From NCBI GenBank assembly GCA_951406725.2, contig OX597816.1, positions 99,944,001 to 100,008,000 on the forward strand: a stretch of 64,000 nucleotides of DNA, given 5' to 3'. Of this stretch, positions 22,562-36,631 are shown in pieces. The stretch comes from Octopus vulgaris (lineage: Eukaryota). Position 1 is the stretch's first letter; each line of letters begins with the position of its first letter. The translations under genes were made by a program, and so were the position numbers. A model generated the notes under the pieces. The model was not told the origin of the DNA. It ran no database searches and saw only the letters and a program-made list of their open reading frames with translations.

Positions 22562-24513
22562 ATATATATATGCATCAGTATTAATAAACATGAAATTCTG
22601 TTTGTCTGGGACCTCTGTATCTCAGTCTACATTTGCTCTACGTAAATATATTATACTATTTTGGAATCAGGATGATCTCAAGATTTAAAATCTGCCCTTC
22701 ATTTAGTTCTTGAACATCCTGCATTGGGCTTTGATTTAAAGGCATTTGGGTTGCTATTTCTTGCAGGTAAAGCTTGGTTAATTCATGCCATCTTGGTTGG
22801 TGTTTGTCAGATGACATCAGAGACCAAGTGGGAGATAAATGACATTTGCTTTGTTAATTTTATGTTGAGATAATAACTTTGGGACAAATTGGCCAACAGT
22901 TTGAATTCAACCTGGATTGCAACAATAGAATGATTGCATTACAGAATTAATTCTCATCTGTCCTTAGCCTCTGATCAAGCACTGTCAGGGCATATATTCA
23001 TTATAAACGTATTATAGTCATGCTATTCAGCCCCCTTTAGTTTGGGGCTGCAGGCCCAATTAGCCCTTTGCAGAAGCTAACTTAAAAGTCTGTACTGAGT
23101 GTGGCTTTTAAGCTAGTGTATAATATGAGGAAAAGTTTAGACATGTATTGTAAACACAACCTTTCTATTAAGGTGATTTTATATTTATAAATGAAATCCT
23201 TAGAGTTAATTTGAGTAAAGTTCCAAAATCTTTCATCTGTGGTTCTATGTCTTGATAGTCCCATATTCTTCATAAAGTGACATACGCATGTATTGCCTGT
23301 TGTAAGTTGCACTAATATGATTGCTGTAGACATTGCTACCAAGATTTCAATTTTTACCATTGCTTTGTTTGAAATACTTGTGTGTTGTCTGTTTTTATTT
23401 TACCATTGTGCAATGTTGTAAGTATTGTCTCTATCATGAGTCATCAATTTTTGTTGGAAATTATATAGATTATGAATGTTTTGTTCTTGAATTTTTCCTT
23501 ATCTAGTTTTGTTTTGTGCCATTGTAATTGCTCCTTATAAGTGTATGATGATTTGGTAAGAGAGTGCCATACTTGTATGACCAATATAACAATTGGAGTC
23601 ATAAAATTTACAACTTTCTGTTAGTAATCAAATTTATAAATCACATTGGTCATTAGAAGCTTGTCCATGAGTTTACATACTTATTTGTTATTGGTAGTAG
23701 TATATATTATTTTTATTGTATACTATTAATATCAGTTTATATTGCTCAAATGCATTTTGTATTTTGTTTCATGAGACTTTTAATAATGTGTTGATTTATT
23801 CTATAGTTACTATATTTGATTTTGTGATTGTTGGTTAGATTTTCATTTGCACTTGTAGAAGTGTGATGCTTTCAGAAGGCAATAGCTACCATAGTGCAGA
23901 GGTCCTGGCAATATCTCTAAGCTTTGTGAGATGTTAGTATTAGTTTTTGTTGAGATAAACTAGACATAATGTAAATAATGTTAACATATTTTGAGGTTAA
24001 TTTGTTTTTAGTAATGAACATAGAATTCATTGAAATGTAGTTTTATCAATATCATGAATATCTTAATAACTGTTTGGATATAATGTACATTGGTAATGTT
24101 TGGTACCACACCAAGTAAACTTTAGATGAGTCAATTACTTTAGAACCTGATAGATTTATGTAATAACTTGTTCATTTATAATGGGGAAAAAATTTATTTC
24201 TGATAAGAGCTCTTTAATTTGGCAAACTATTGTACTTATGTTGAAAAAGGTCTGGTAACTTAAATTTGATGTCAAGGCTACATGTTTACAAATCAAAAAT
24301 TATGAACTGCTATAAATTTAGGATTACAATGTTCTGTATTTGTAATTTTCTGATCCTACTTAACAATCAAACATTAATATTGTTTGTTTCTCTATGGCAT
24401 GTCTCCTAGGTCACTTTATTCAATGGGACTGAAAATTAGGCCACATTCAATTTGGAAAGAACTTATCTTTTGTTGTTTAAACCTTATAAAAATTATCTTA
24501 CTAAACAACTGTT

Positions 24514-25707
24514 CATCATCATTGTTTAACATCCGTTTTCCGTGCTAGCACGGGTTGGATGGTTCGACCGGGGTCTGGGAAGCCAGGAGGCTGCACCAGG
24601 CTCCAGTCTGATATGGCAGTGTTTCTACAGCTGGATGCCCTTCCTAACGCCAACCACTCTGTGAGTGTAGTGGGTGCTTTTTACGTGCCCCCGGCATAGG
24701 TGACAGGGAGGTCTGGCAGTGGCCACGATTAGTTGGTGCTTTTTACGTGCCACCAGCACAGAAGCCAGTCAAGGTGGTGCTGGCATCGGTCACGTTCGGA
24801 TGGTGCTTTTTACGTGCCACCGGCACAGAAGCCAGTGAAGGCAGCGCTGGCATCGGTCACGTTCGGATGGTGCTTTTTACTTGCCACTGGCACAGGTATC
24901 ACAACTACTATTTCCATTTGATATTTATTTCGATGTACATGTACTTGACTCAATAGGTCTCCTCAAGCACAGCAAGTTGTTCTGAAATCCAAGGTACTTT
25001 GAATGGGCTGGGGCTATGCGGAACTGGTGCAGGAAGCAGCTCGGGTCTTTGCAGTCACAGCATATCTCCAGTGATCTCGGTCCTTCATCATTGCCTCTGT
25101 GAGGCCCAATGCTCTGAGGTCATGTTTGACTACCTCATCCCATGTCTTCCTGGGTCTGCCTCTCCCCCTGATACCTTCAACTGTTTGGGAGAGGCACTTC
25201 TTCACACATCTCACCTCATCCATCCGCAGTACATGACCATACCATCGCAAGTGTCGCTCTTGCACACCACGTCTGATGCTTCTTATGTCCAGCATTTCTC
25301 TCTGGGTGCTTACACTCTGTCATGAGTGCACTCTGACATTACACATCCAGTGGATCATGTTAGCTTCATTTCTTTCAAGTCTACGCATGTCCTCTGCAGT
25401 CACAGCCCATGTTTCACTACCGTGAAGCATGGCGGTTCGCACACATGCATCATACAATCTACCTTTCGCTCTGAGCAGTAGACCCTTTGTCGCCAGTAGG
25501 GGTAGGAGCTTTCTAAACTTTGCCCAGGCTATTCGTATTCTAGTGGTGACACTCTCTGAGCATCCACCTCCACTACTAATTTGGTCACCTAGATAGCAGA
25601 AACTATCAACTACTTCTAGTTTCTCCCCTTGGAGTGTGATGGAATCTGTTTTCTGAGTATCTGTGGTGTCTATTGTCCCTGTGCATCTACTGCACATGAA
25701 AGCTGTT
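24514..25707 (-). mobile_element. RTE LINE 3' fragment
   Basis: ORFs 25014-25697 (CSRC..GEKLEVVDSFCYLG..MLHGSETW..HLRWYGHV..GRGRPRKTW), 3'UTR tandem units and (CAT)n tail. Confidence 0.95.
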
Positions 25708-27383
25708 ATAGAAAAAAATGTATTAGAGTATGAATTACATGTGTTTCTGGTTGTATATTTCTTTAGTTTCAGTGTTTATCTTTAAAATATCTATGATGAA
25801 ATATTGTAAACATCTTTTATTTTATATGAAACTTTCAGGGATATTTGTGAGTTTGGCTGTTTGACAAGAATTTTTCTCATTTGCACACTCAGTTAGCAAA
25901 CTCATTTTGCTCATAAAAAAAGCTCTTTAGAATGGCTAACATCAAAGAGTTCTGAGCAAAGTTTTAAACTTCACAAATGATTTTGGTTATATTTTGAACT
26001 GTTGCTTGCATCTGCAATGATAAGAAATACTGCAAATTAAAAGTACGTCATACAAGAATTGGTTGTTAAAAATAATGGAAGGATGTATATTTCTAGAAGT
26101 CCAATCTCTTGATTTCATTTTTCTTTTGTTTAAGTCTTTTTACTAACTAAAAGAGTAAAAATTAGCTTTGTTAATAAAATGAAGTCTAGAAGTTAATGGG
26201 TATTCAAGTACTGTATTATACTATGAAGTAAAGAATTTAGAACATATATAGCTGTATTTTAAAGAAAGTATTATTTTATTAGTTTAGCTTGGTGATATTT
26301 TGATATTTAAAACTTTTAGAATTAAAGTTAGCAAAATAATGCATCACTCTCAAAGTATTGGCTTTTGTTGCAAAGTACATCTGGTCTCCACTAAATCTCT
26401 GGCTTGGGGAGTATTGTTAATGCTATGAGTTAACAGAAAATGTAGAATACTAAATAACATAACTTGCAACATTAATCACCTTAGGTCACATCTTGCTTGG
26501 GTTGGCTTTGCCTTTTATTCATTCTGAGTCAAAAACATGTTATTTAGCTTTTCATCATTATTTCCACGGATATATTATCAAAAGTATTCAAACCATGATC
26601 ATTCCAGTTGTTCAGATCTAGTTCAGCACAGATTACAACATCCAATATGCTCGTCTCATCTGAAAATCATGGAATGTGATTTGAGAAAGATTTAGTTGCC
26701 ATTTGTAGCAAGTCAATTTTCTCTAAGCACAGAAAATCATGGTAATTGTCATTTGGGATGGACACATATCTTTGGCATCAAATCAGCATTTGGCAAATTA
26801 GATTGGTCATTGAGCTCCCATTCACTATACAGCCCAACTCTAACACTATACATCTTCTATCTCTTCTATCCATTGAAGGATAGTCTTTGGGGACAATAAG
26901 TTGATGACACAAACAAAGCAAAAGTGGCTGTGAAGAAGAAGGTGCAATAGCATGTACCTGATCTTTTTCAATATTCAAGAGTTTGTTTCAATAATGGTCA
27001 AATGGAGTCTATGTTGTGCAGTACCTTTGTATCAAGGAAGAGTTCCTCTAATAAGATGGGTAATTTGAACAACTTATGTAAGTTAAAGTTATGTCCACTT
27101 TTACATTACTGTTGAGACAATCCACATACAGTGTTGTGTTTAGTTTCCTTCAGAGTTCAAATTCTTTTAAGTGTGATTGTACCTCTCATCTTTCTGGATT
27201 GATAAAATAAGTATCAACTGACTAACTAGGTTTCATTTACTCAAGTGTGTAAGGAATCATTTCCATTCCTGTCATTATCATAGCCATTATTGTTTGAAGA
27301 TAATGGATGTGCTTCTTGTCCAATGAATTTGTCCATGAAAGAGCAAAAAGGAAGATGGTATACCTCTTTTTCCTCTTATTTAT

Positions 27384-27701
27384 ATTTAGTTTTTGGATTT
27401 GATTTGCAAGATTCTTTATGTCAGTTTGTGTGTTGAAGCATATTGTGTCTGAGAAGAGTCATTTTCTTTTTGTGCCTTATAATTTAACATACTCACCGGT
27501 AAAATTTCCACTTATTCCTTATTTTTATTTTCCTTTCCTTAAATTTTCATTGCGTCTTGCAACCTTTTCAATAGTCTTGAGAGTCAAGTCTATTGAAAAG
27601 GTTGCAAGATGCAATGAAAATTTTAGGAAAATAAAAATAAGGAATAAGTGGAAATTTTACCGGTGAATGTGTTAATTTAGAAGGCACAAAGAGAAAATGA
27701 C
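27384..27701. mobile_element. Asymmetric fold-back insertion with 13-bp TSD
   Basis: Arms of about 125 bp pair around a 3-nt loop centred at 27582; TCCTCTTATTTAT repeated at 27371-27383 and 27702-27714. Confidence 0.8.
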
Positions 27702-29539
27702 TCCTCTTATTTATTTTTTGTAAACATAGAGAAGGCTTTCATTGCCCTTGAAAGAAGAGCAATACGGATTCTAGGTTGATGTGTGCTCCATCAATTGGCG
27801 AAGAGCATTTAGAAATGTATAACTTTATTTTTAAGATTGAGCATATAGCAAGGAAATAAATGAGGCTGATACTCCACATAGGCAAGTGTCTCAGTACATG
27901 TGTCACAGGAACACTAAGATTGTCTCCAGAGCTATTGGCACAGACATCAGCCTTTATATAGATATATTCTGAACAATTAGATAATCTGCAACAAAATGTT
28001 GTTGCAAGTTATTTCTTTGCATACAGTTGGCATGTGTATGCACATTCAAGTTATATTGTCCCCTGAAGATCTCTGAGCTGTACCCCATTGAACAGTAATA
28101 CCACTCTACTGCCTTGCAATGATAGAAAGGAGATGGGAAGTGGAGAAGCATAGGAAACTAGTAAGAAAATGGGTAAGTTTGAGCCTTGATAAAAGACAAA
28201 CAAGAGGCTTGAAGTCCCACGTAATGGGGAATCCATCCCCATAGAGTGTTTTAATTTTTCAAGATGAGCTGCAGCATATTTAATATTAAACCTAAAAGTG
28301 GATGAATTAAATATTTTGATGATTGAGGAGTAGTAAGGATATGTAACTGTATTAAAGAGACCAGGGAGGCAGAAAATGAATTCCAGGAATCCAAAATAGT
28401 GGCTAGGTAATAAATATTGTGTTAGGGAAATCTATCAACAGGTGAAGAATAATACTCTAGATCATATGGAGCCCTTCACAACTCAACTAAAATCAAAATT
28501 ATTCAGAAAAAAAAATTGAAAAGCCCCTTTTACAGAAGGTGGCCAGAGTTGTGGGATTCTTTGAACCTACTTAAATGGTAGGTTTTACCATTGTGTTGTT
28601 AGGTTACCTTAGTGTGTATTTTGTTGACCAAATTTAGCCTGTCATATTTTGTATTATTCTTAATGCTTCACCCCCCATTATTTTATGACCATTTTCCATG
28701 CTAGCATAGGCTGGGTAGTTCATCATGGTCTGAGTTCAGTTTTTAATTTGTAAGGACTGCACTTTTATATGGGTTAGGGGATCACATCTTATATGTTCTA
28801 TCCTTAGCTTGGTTTTTATTGCTGGATACTCTTCCTAACAGAAATCACTTTACAAAGTGTGTTGATTGTACACTTTATCATGACACCAGCACTACAGAGA
28901 TTGCTATGTTCTCAACAAGATTATAGAGTCCCCTCAATAGCATATCTTTGCTTGTTCACCAACTACTTTACAGAATAAACTGGGTTCATTTTACCATGGC
29001 ACCAGTGCTAGTTGAAGTAGCTTGTATCCTGTATGACAGATGACCTTCACTACTCTACAGAATATTTATTCACCCAAAGCAACATAACCAAGTGGGCAAA
29101 GAAAACATTGGCAGAACCAAGATGACTGAAGTAAGAGGGTGGTAGATGGGAAGAAAGAATGATGGATGTCTTTAACAAGTGGCTTGGAGGAGAGGAGTTA
29201 CGACTGGCAGTATAGGTATGGTGATGGATTAATGTATCAAGTACAAACTGATCTGATGCAATCATTTATGCATAATTTACATGGTGGGTAAGAGAATTAG
29301 AATGATAAGAATGGTGGTAGGGGAAACAATATGTCTCAATGCCAACTCTTACTACATGGGTGGCATGGTAAGCAAACTGGATATCAGACAGTTCTATACC
29401 TAGTTTTTCAGGCTGTGTGGTACAGTGAATAGAAGAAAGAGTAAGAGTTGAGAGGGTATCAAAGAGACAGGAGACAATGAATGTAGATTTAACAGGAAGA
29501 AACTATGCCAGAGATCCAAATGTTGATATATATAGTACC

Positions 29540-30480
29540 CCATCAATACCACTATTTTCGTATCTATTTCATTATGCTTGCATGGGTGGGTGAGTGGGTG
29601 GTTCTCTCCGACATTTTGTGTCACCAATCATTATACCATTTCTTGTTAGACTCCGTATCTAACAGTAGATCAAGCTTCATTTTGTCACGTGTAATGCTGA
29701 GCCTCCCACTTCCAAATGTTCCATCCATGTTGAGCATCCTGCATTTCTTTACACAACTGTCACCCTCTGTACATGATATACCCGTACTAATGCAGTCTTC
29801 CCTTTTGCACATTACATCTGATTCTTATATACCACTATTCTATTAGCTCACTTGTATTTTGTCATTCATGCACACTAACATTACATCTAGCAGTATATAC
29901 TTATTTAATTGCTTTCTAGTCTTTATACATCCTTTGTATTTGAAGCTTAGTGCTGAATAGTAACACTTCTTGCTACTTTGCAGCATCACGCTTTGTACAT
30001 AAGCATCAAACAGTTTTCTCTCCTCCAACTCTTACCTGGGTGTTATGTTTTTTTTAACATCACCACCACTATTAACTAGGTTACCTATGTAACAAAGTAA
30101 CAATGATTTCCTTTGGCGCTGCCCAGGTATTTCAGAAAATCTATTTCTGATGTGTTTCTAGAGTTTCTATATTCTGAGCAACTTGCTGCATATAAAATCT
30201 TTTTCTTTCCATTAGCCTGCATGTAATTACATTATTCTCTTCCTCTTGTGCATCCGTAGTTTACACTGAGTACACTATGGAAATCCTATCTACTCCTTTT
30301 CTGAATTTCAAGCATAGACTTTTCTTGACAATAACAGGATTCTGTTTTCTTTCCTACTTTAATCCTGTTAAGTTTTCATTGAGGCCTCATATTTATCAGT
30401 ATAAATGTTTTATCTCCACACATTTTGTGACCAATTTTGTATGACACACTTTTTATTGCTTGTATAGGTTCTTGTCATCA
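29540..30480 (-). mobile_element. Old degenerate RTE LINE fragment
   Basis: Remnants RKLFDAYVQSVML and DSCVKKCRMLNMDGTFGSGR homologous to the younger RTE copies in this window. Confidence 0.65.
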
Positions 30481-30659
30481 ATAAAGAAATATTGTTGATG
30501 TTCTGCATGTGAAACATCAACATTACATAATCATGTTAGAAACTCCAAAAGTGCAATTCAAGAGAAAGCAGTAGTCTGCCTTACCTGGAAAAAACATGAT
30601 GTTGAGTGAGGCTATAAATCACATATAACAGGCATGTTCTATGTAATATGTTCTATAAC

Positions 30660-31050
30660 TGCAGGCATAATTTGTGTGGTTAAGAAATTAACTTACTATT
30701 GTTTGTTGTCAAGTTCAGTCCCACTGTGTGGAACTTAGGGCAAGTATCTTCTACTACAGACCTGCGCCAATCAAAGCCTTGCAAATGGAATTTATTGATG
30801 GAAACTGAAAGAAGCCTTCATATATTTGTGTGTGTGTGTGTGCCTGTTTGTGTCTTCCATGTTGTGACTTAGTGCAACTGGCCTTTGTTTCCAACTTGCC
30901 ATGGAAGCATATTTGTTCATGAGAAAGTATTACCTTGATTGGAAACAGGTGAGAGTTGACAACAAGAAAGGTATCTGGTCATAGGAAATCTTCCTCAGGG
31001 AATTTAATGTGGCCTATGGGGAAAAGTGGACATTAAAATGATGATGATAA
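30660..31050 (+). mobile_element. tRNA-derived SINE with RTE-like tail
   Basis: TGTGTGGTTAAGAA...GTTCAGTCCCACTG head, (TG)n, TTGGAAACAGGTGAG...(GAT)n tail; same structure at 51200-51600. Confidence 0.7.
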
Positions 31051-31460
31051 CAACAGAAGACTGAGCAGGGGATTAAGAAAGCAGTATTTGAAATTGAAAA
31101 ATTAATTGCAATCAACCTGGGTAATAAAGTGTTCTGGAAATATGTGCATTCAAAATAGACACCTTGCTCTTCAGTCATATGCTCTCTGCAGTTCTCGTTG
31201 TAGAGAGCTTATTGCTGAATTTTCACTGGCAATTTCAATGTTGAAAGTCCAAATGTGCGTCTTCACTACACTTACACAAGATTCCATAAAATATGATTAA
31301 ATTTACTCATGCAATGCTATCAAGTCACCTCAGGTGTAAGTGTAATTATGCTTCCTCTGGTCTTGATGGAGCTACTTATCTGCTGCTCAAACATGGTGAC
31401 CTCTTCTGATGCATTAACTTTCATGTCTAATTCTGCTTTAATAATTACATGACCTTAAAA

Positions 31461-31976
31461 CAAGAGTGGAGAAACCCCCGCCCGCGGGTACAATTGTGCC
31501 CGCTGGCTGGTATATTCATATATTCAAAATATAGTCAATTTTACAATTATAAAATTTATACAATACTCATATGCCTCTTTGCAACATAGGTCACATTTCC
31601 ACTATGACTTAAAACGGTTAGACTCGAACAGAAAATCGTCCAGCAATTGCCATTTGAATGAAAATTTTGTTTTCACTATAAAACACATATTGCTAGGTTT
31701 GTACCATCTCCTTGAGACCCAACTACACTCTAGCTGAAAAATATAGAATACCTCAGAAGTAATATAAACGTCCTAAATTCAGTGGCAGCATTAATGAAGT
31801 TGTTACTTGTTAATTTAATGTGTTAAACTTATCTTTATCAATGTATATACATAATAATGTATATGCATAAACATATACAAGATTTACACAGATATAAGAG
31901 TTAGAACTTGTGATCCACCCGCGGACCTCTTTTTTGGAAATTTTTGCCTGCCACACTAAAAATTTCTCCACCCTTG
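31461..31976. mobile_element. hAT-type MITE, 516 bp
   Basis: TIRs CAAGAGTGGAGAAA / TTTCTCCACCCTTG; 8-bp TSD CCTTAAAA (31453-31460) / CCTTAAGA (31977-31984); subterminal CCCGC motifs. Confidence 0.85.
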
Positions 31977-31999
31977 CCTTAAGACAATAGAAAATTGCT

Positions 32000-32880
32000 A
32001 GTTTAGCCCTCTGTTTAAAAAATGTGATCATACATTACCTACCAGCTATTGAACAGTCAGCCTCACATAATGTATCACCAAAGTAATGGAGTCCTGTGTC
32101 AGAGAGACTCTCATAGCTTTATTTGAATTCCATATCTAAAAAAAAATTTCCTAACTCCAGTTATTATAGCCAACTCATTGGATTTCTTGAATATATCACT
32201 TGAATCACAGATGATGCTCATGAATAGTTGTTGTTTACCTAAAACTCACCAAATGACTGATGGACACAAGAGATATTCTTTGTGACTGGTTAAAGTCCTT
32301 TATTGATTGAAAAGAAGTAATCATGGTACTGAGACAATATTCTGCACCCTTTACATTAAACTATGTAGCCCTACAGGCATCTGTCCTTGATCTACTATTG
32401 TTTGTAGTATATGTTAGCAAAACATGCCAACTTGAAGCACATTACTGTGTTAAAATATGTTATATTAAACTGTGCCATGACAAAATGGACAAATTCTATA
32501 CTTTCTAGCTCTTTCCCTCAGGCTGACCTGGAAATAATGCAACAATAGATTGCAGTCTATCACCAAGCAGGTTATATGCAAGCACACCCAAATACACTTT
32601 GAGAAGAAAAACTTGGAATTTACTCACTCTCTTCACAACTCCATCCTTACAAAATTAGTTGGTGATTATGAGCTGAATAATGATAGGTAGTGGACAAACT
32701 ATGTGTCTAAAATCATCAAACAAATCAAAAGTGTATAGCATTCCTGACCATTGTCAGCTGTATATGACTATGGTACATCCACACTGTTTACATCTCCTGT
32801 CTGGAACCCCTATCTTGTATAGAATATTGATTTATCTAGCAGTATGCAACCAGATGTCTTACCTTTTGGGGCATTGACAT
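32000..32880 (+). mobile_element. Degenerate CR1/L2-group LINE RT fragment
   Basis: VALQASVLDLLLFVVYVS resembles GVPQGSVLGPLLFxxYxND. Confidence 0.5.
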
Positions 32881-34829
32881 ACTAAAGTTTTGTCATCTAG
32901 CAACTGACTGCTACTTTCTGTTTACTCTTGTCCCCTTATCTGATGAAATGTAATGCCCCTAAGCACTTTATACAATAAATTCATTATTAGTGATTATTAG
33001 GATAATGAGAAGCTTTACAATAAACCAAATGATGACTCTGAAATATCCATCCCACTCAACATAAAATGACTACAACTCATGAACATTTCTTATTGTAATC
33101 ATGTCTTCATTTTTTCAATCTAATTTGTATTTCTAATAAGAAACCATCATCTGGAATGAAGGTTGTTCGCAAATTATGAAATTAAGTCTCAGTACAATGC
33201 AAGTGGCATTATGAAAGATAAGAATGAAAGAAATTCTATGTTATCCTATAATGTTAGACCACTTATAATTTCTCAGTAGAATGAATGCAAATACATTTGG
33301 TGGTAACATTGATACTTTCTCTTTGTTTACATTTAGAAGACATCAGTCTAGTCAATTGTTGTGTAGTAATATTTAAAAGAATGATCTATTAGAGATGTAG
33401 AGTTTGTATGCCAATTCTGCATTTCAGGTTATAGTTCTTGTTACGGAACATATAAAAAATGCATAGAATAATAATTCGATTTTAATCTCTTATATTAAAA
33501 CCTTCAGCTCAAATCTATCAACAGATTTTGGTAATACCTTAAAGGCTGTTCTATGATTTATAATTGAATATTTATACTGGTTATTTTTACTACTGACAAA
33601 TTGTCAGATGAAATAGTTTTTCAAATTTACTAATTTATGTTCTGAATAATTGTTCCATTCAAAATAATTAAAACAACTTTAAAATCAATACAGAGCTATT
33701 AGATTTATCTATACCTCATTCATTTTCTAGCTGCTGTTGTATTTAACATATCTAATTACTTGCAAATAGGCAAATGCAATCCTAAAACAAAGTGATTGAT
33801 TTTATGTATATAATCTTGTGCTAGATTTCTAATTAACCAGGCAGCTTATCTTGATGTGTTATTTAGTGATTAAGATTTAAAATGCAACTGAATTAATAAG
33901 AACACAGCTTGATCTGATAGGAACTTGTTAAAAAATGTCAAAATTAATGATTATTTGACAGAAAGATTCTCGAAACAAGCATGTTTGATCATCAATTTAT
34001 ATTTGAAATAACAAATATGACAACCATTACTTTTGAAATATATGTTGTTCAATGTATGATGCAATTAGCACAAGAAATTTTATTCTTATAAGAAATTTGC
34101 ATTAGAAAGAATTGATACGAGGTCATTAAAGATTTATGACAGGATGAGCATGGCATTGTAATTCAAAATGACATTATAGCTGAATGTAGTCATTGTAAAT
34201 AATGATGGAAAGCAATTTCTTCTATGAATAAAAAGCTATGAATATCTGTAATTTTCCTTTTATGTTTTAAAATATAAAACTACTTCAATGAATATGGTAA
34301 CCATCACACTTATGGCTATCCTTAACATTCATATAAATTAGTTGTATTTCAAAATATTTGGTTTTGAATGATACCTCTGGAAATTATTTCAGCTTCTTGA
34401 TAGTTATAAGTTCAAGTGTATCTTAACTTTTCATTTTCAAACCTTTTTGTAATAAAAATTTTATACGTTTTAGTTTTGGTAATTTGTGTGGCTATTTCTT
34501 TCATAATTTCTTTTAAAAGCTTAATAAATAAGTTGTATGCCTAAAATGTTAGCACGAGTCATCATTTGTACTGCTGGGATAATTCTTCTGGCTGTTAATT
34601 TCATCTTTTATAATAGTTTAGTCTTCCAATTGCCATCAAGGGCCATATATATGCACATAAGCTTGAGTTGGGATTAATGTCATAAACTTTTATTGCATGC
34701 AGGATTAGACTATACCAGATAAGTAGTAAGTCGTTATTCTAACTGTATACTCTTACTGTATGTAGTATGATCATTATTCATCTATTAATATATTTAGATG
34801 GTTTTATATATTTAATTATCTTCTACCAG

Positions 34830-36166
34830 AATGGCTTCATGAGTAGCACCCGTGCATAGAAAGAGCCTTCATACTTGCTACTTGCTTTTTTTCTAACTCC
34901 ACAATGCACACTGTCAAGATTACATCAGAACTTCTTTCCTCTACCTCAACATACAAGTGTGCAAACAACTCTAGTTGCTTCAAGTAAACATGTCTCCTGG
35001 CACTGACAGCAATTTTTTTGTCTGCAGAACTGGTCTGTCTGTGCCAAACGCTTCAATTTTCCTTTCTGTCTTTTAAGATCTATTCTAATCTTAGGAAACA
35101 TGCTTCTGTATGTCCCATCCCAAAGAATGGTACAATATGTCTAACCCTGTTGACTATTGATCTATTATTCTCAAACTCAGTATCTACAAAGTAATGGAAA
35201 CAGTCATCAACTATCACATACTCCAAGACCTTGAGCTTCACTCCCCAATCACCTCCTGTAATTTTCAATATAGATAGATATACTGAAGAATTACTCTCTT
35301 GTTCAACACATGATAGGTCTCTGACTCTTGAGAAGTTTGCAAAAGTAGTTGTATATTTGTCATCAACTAAGTCTTTGATTATGTATAGGAAAAGAATCTG
35401 GTTAAGGTGTGCACCTATCTGTCTGTCAAGAAATGACAGACAGATAGGTGGAGATATACTAATGTTACCTCTTTCATTAGCAAGGAAACATAAACACTAC
35501 TTTTATAAGTACTGCCTTAATAAATACTACTCATACTAAAAAAAAAACAGCATGCAGATTTATGCTCTCATGATTACTCCAAATGTTGAACCACTCTATC
35601 ACTGAGAATCTCTCCTGGCAAAAGCACATCCTTAAGATAACTAGAATGCATTCCTATATCTAGCCTTTCTTTTCAGGATCAGTAGATACCTCCATCCTCA
35701 ACACTTATTGACATTCTACAAAGCTTGAGTGAGATCTTTAATGGAGTATTGCCCCCTCACTTGGGACAGTGCTACTGCTGCACACATAGACAATTGCTAC
35801 CTGTCAAACTGACTTAGTCATTCATAAACATGCTTCAACCTCTGCTCTTTGCAGCTGGCTGGGCTCATGCCACTTCTGTTTAGGCATTCTCAAAGCACTC
35901 ATCTTCTTACCCTCTTATCACTTTTGCTGAATCCCCTACCCACACATGTTTTGCATTAACCACTATGCTCAGTCCTTTCAGTCTAGAATGTTGGCAAATC
36001 AGAATATTGGAATCCCCTCCTATCTCATGTTGTTCCTGCAAATGACTTGCAACGGTTCAAGTAGGACAATTATTGCTTCAGTCTTACTGGTTTTAGAAGA
36101 CCTGCAAAGGCAATAGGCTTTGTCCCTTGCTCCAGACTCAACAAGTAAAATAAAATAAAATAAAAT
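34830..36166 (+). mobile_element. Degenerate CR1/L2-group LINE with (TAAAA)n tail
   Basis: KHASVCPIPK..NPVDY..KVMETVIN (35095-35215); FYKA..LMEYC..WDSA (about 35715-35775); tail 36146-36166. Confidence 0.65.
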
Positions 36167-36631
36167 CCTTACATCAAATTAACACTGCCTCCAAGAACAA
36201 AGGCCTGACAAGCATGAAAATCTTGTCCCTTTCAACAACATAAATGCAATCATCACACATCTCTCTAGTTTTAGACAATATACAGTTTAAAATCAAAATC
36301 GCTACAGATTTTTGGTCTCTGATGATCTGTTATTGCAATCTCATATTCAAAGCAATAAAAGCTGATTTGAGCCAAAACTGTGTGGCGACCAACATACCAA
36401 AGAATAAAGTCAATGTCTCTTCTAAATGTTGTAAAAGGCAACTAAAAAAGGTTCTGGTTGAATCTGCACTCAAATCTTGCAAACCCTCACCAGCTACAAC
36501 CTCTTATACAAACCCCCAAAATTTTCTTCTCTGGGGAAGTATCTCAACTGTTCTATAAGGCATGTTGTATGAAGTAACTGAAGTAAAGCCACCAGGAACC
36601 CCATCCACTCAACAGAGAAAACCCTAGAGAA

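Noticed and set aside
23080-23980. Further Penelope-like fossil on the minus strand
   Set aside because: Only faint motif resemblance (DFIYKYK); too decayed to support.
24672-24895. CRISPR-like repeat-spacer array
   Set aside because: Spacers are homologous to each other, the array is part of a LINE 3'UTR present in several copies, the context is eukaryotic and there are no cas genes.
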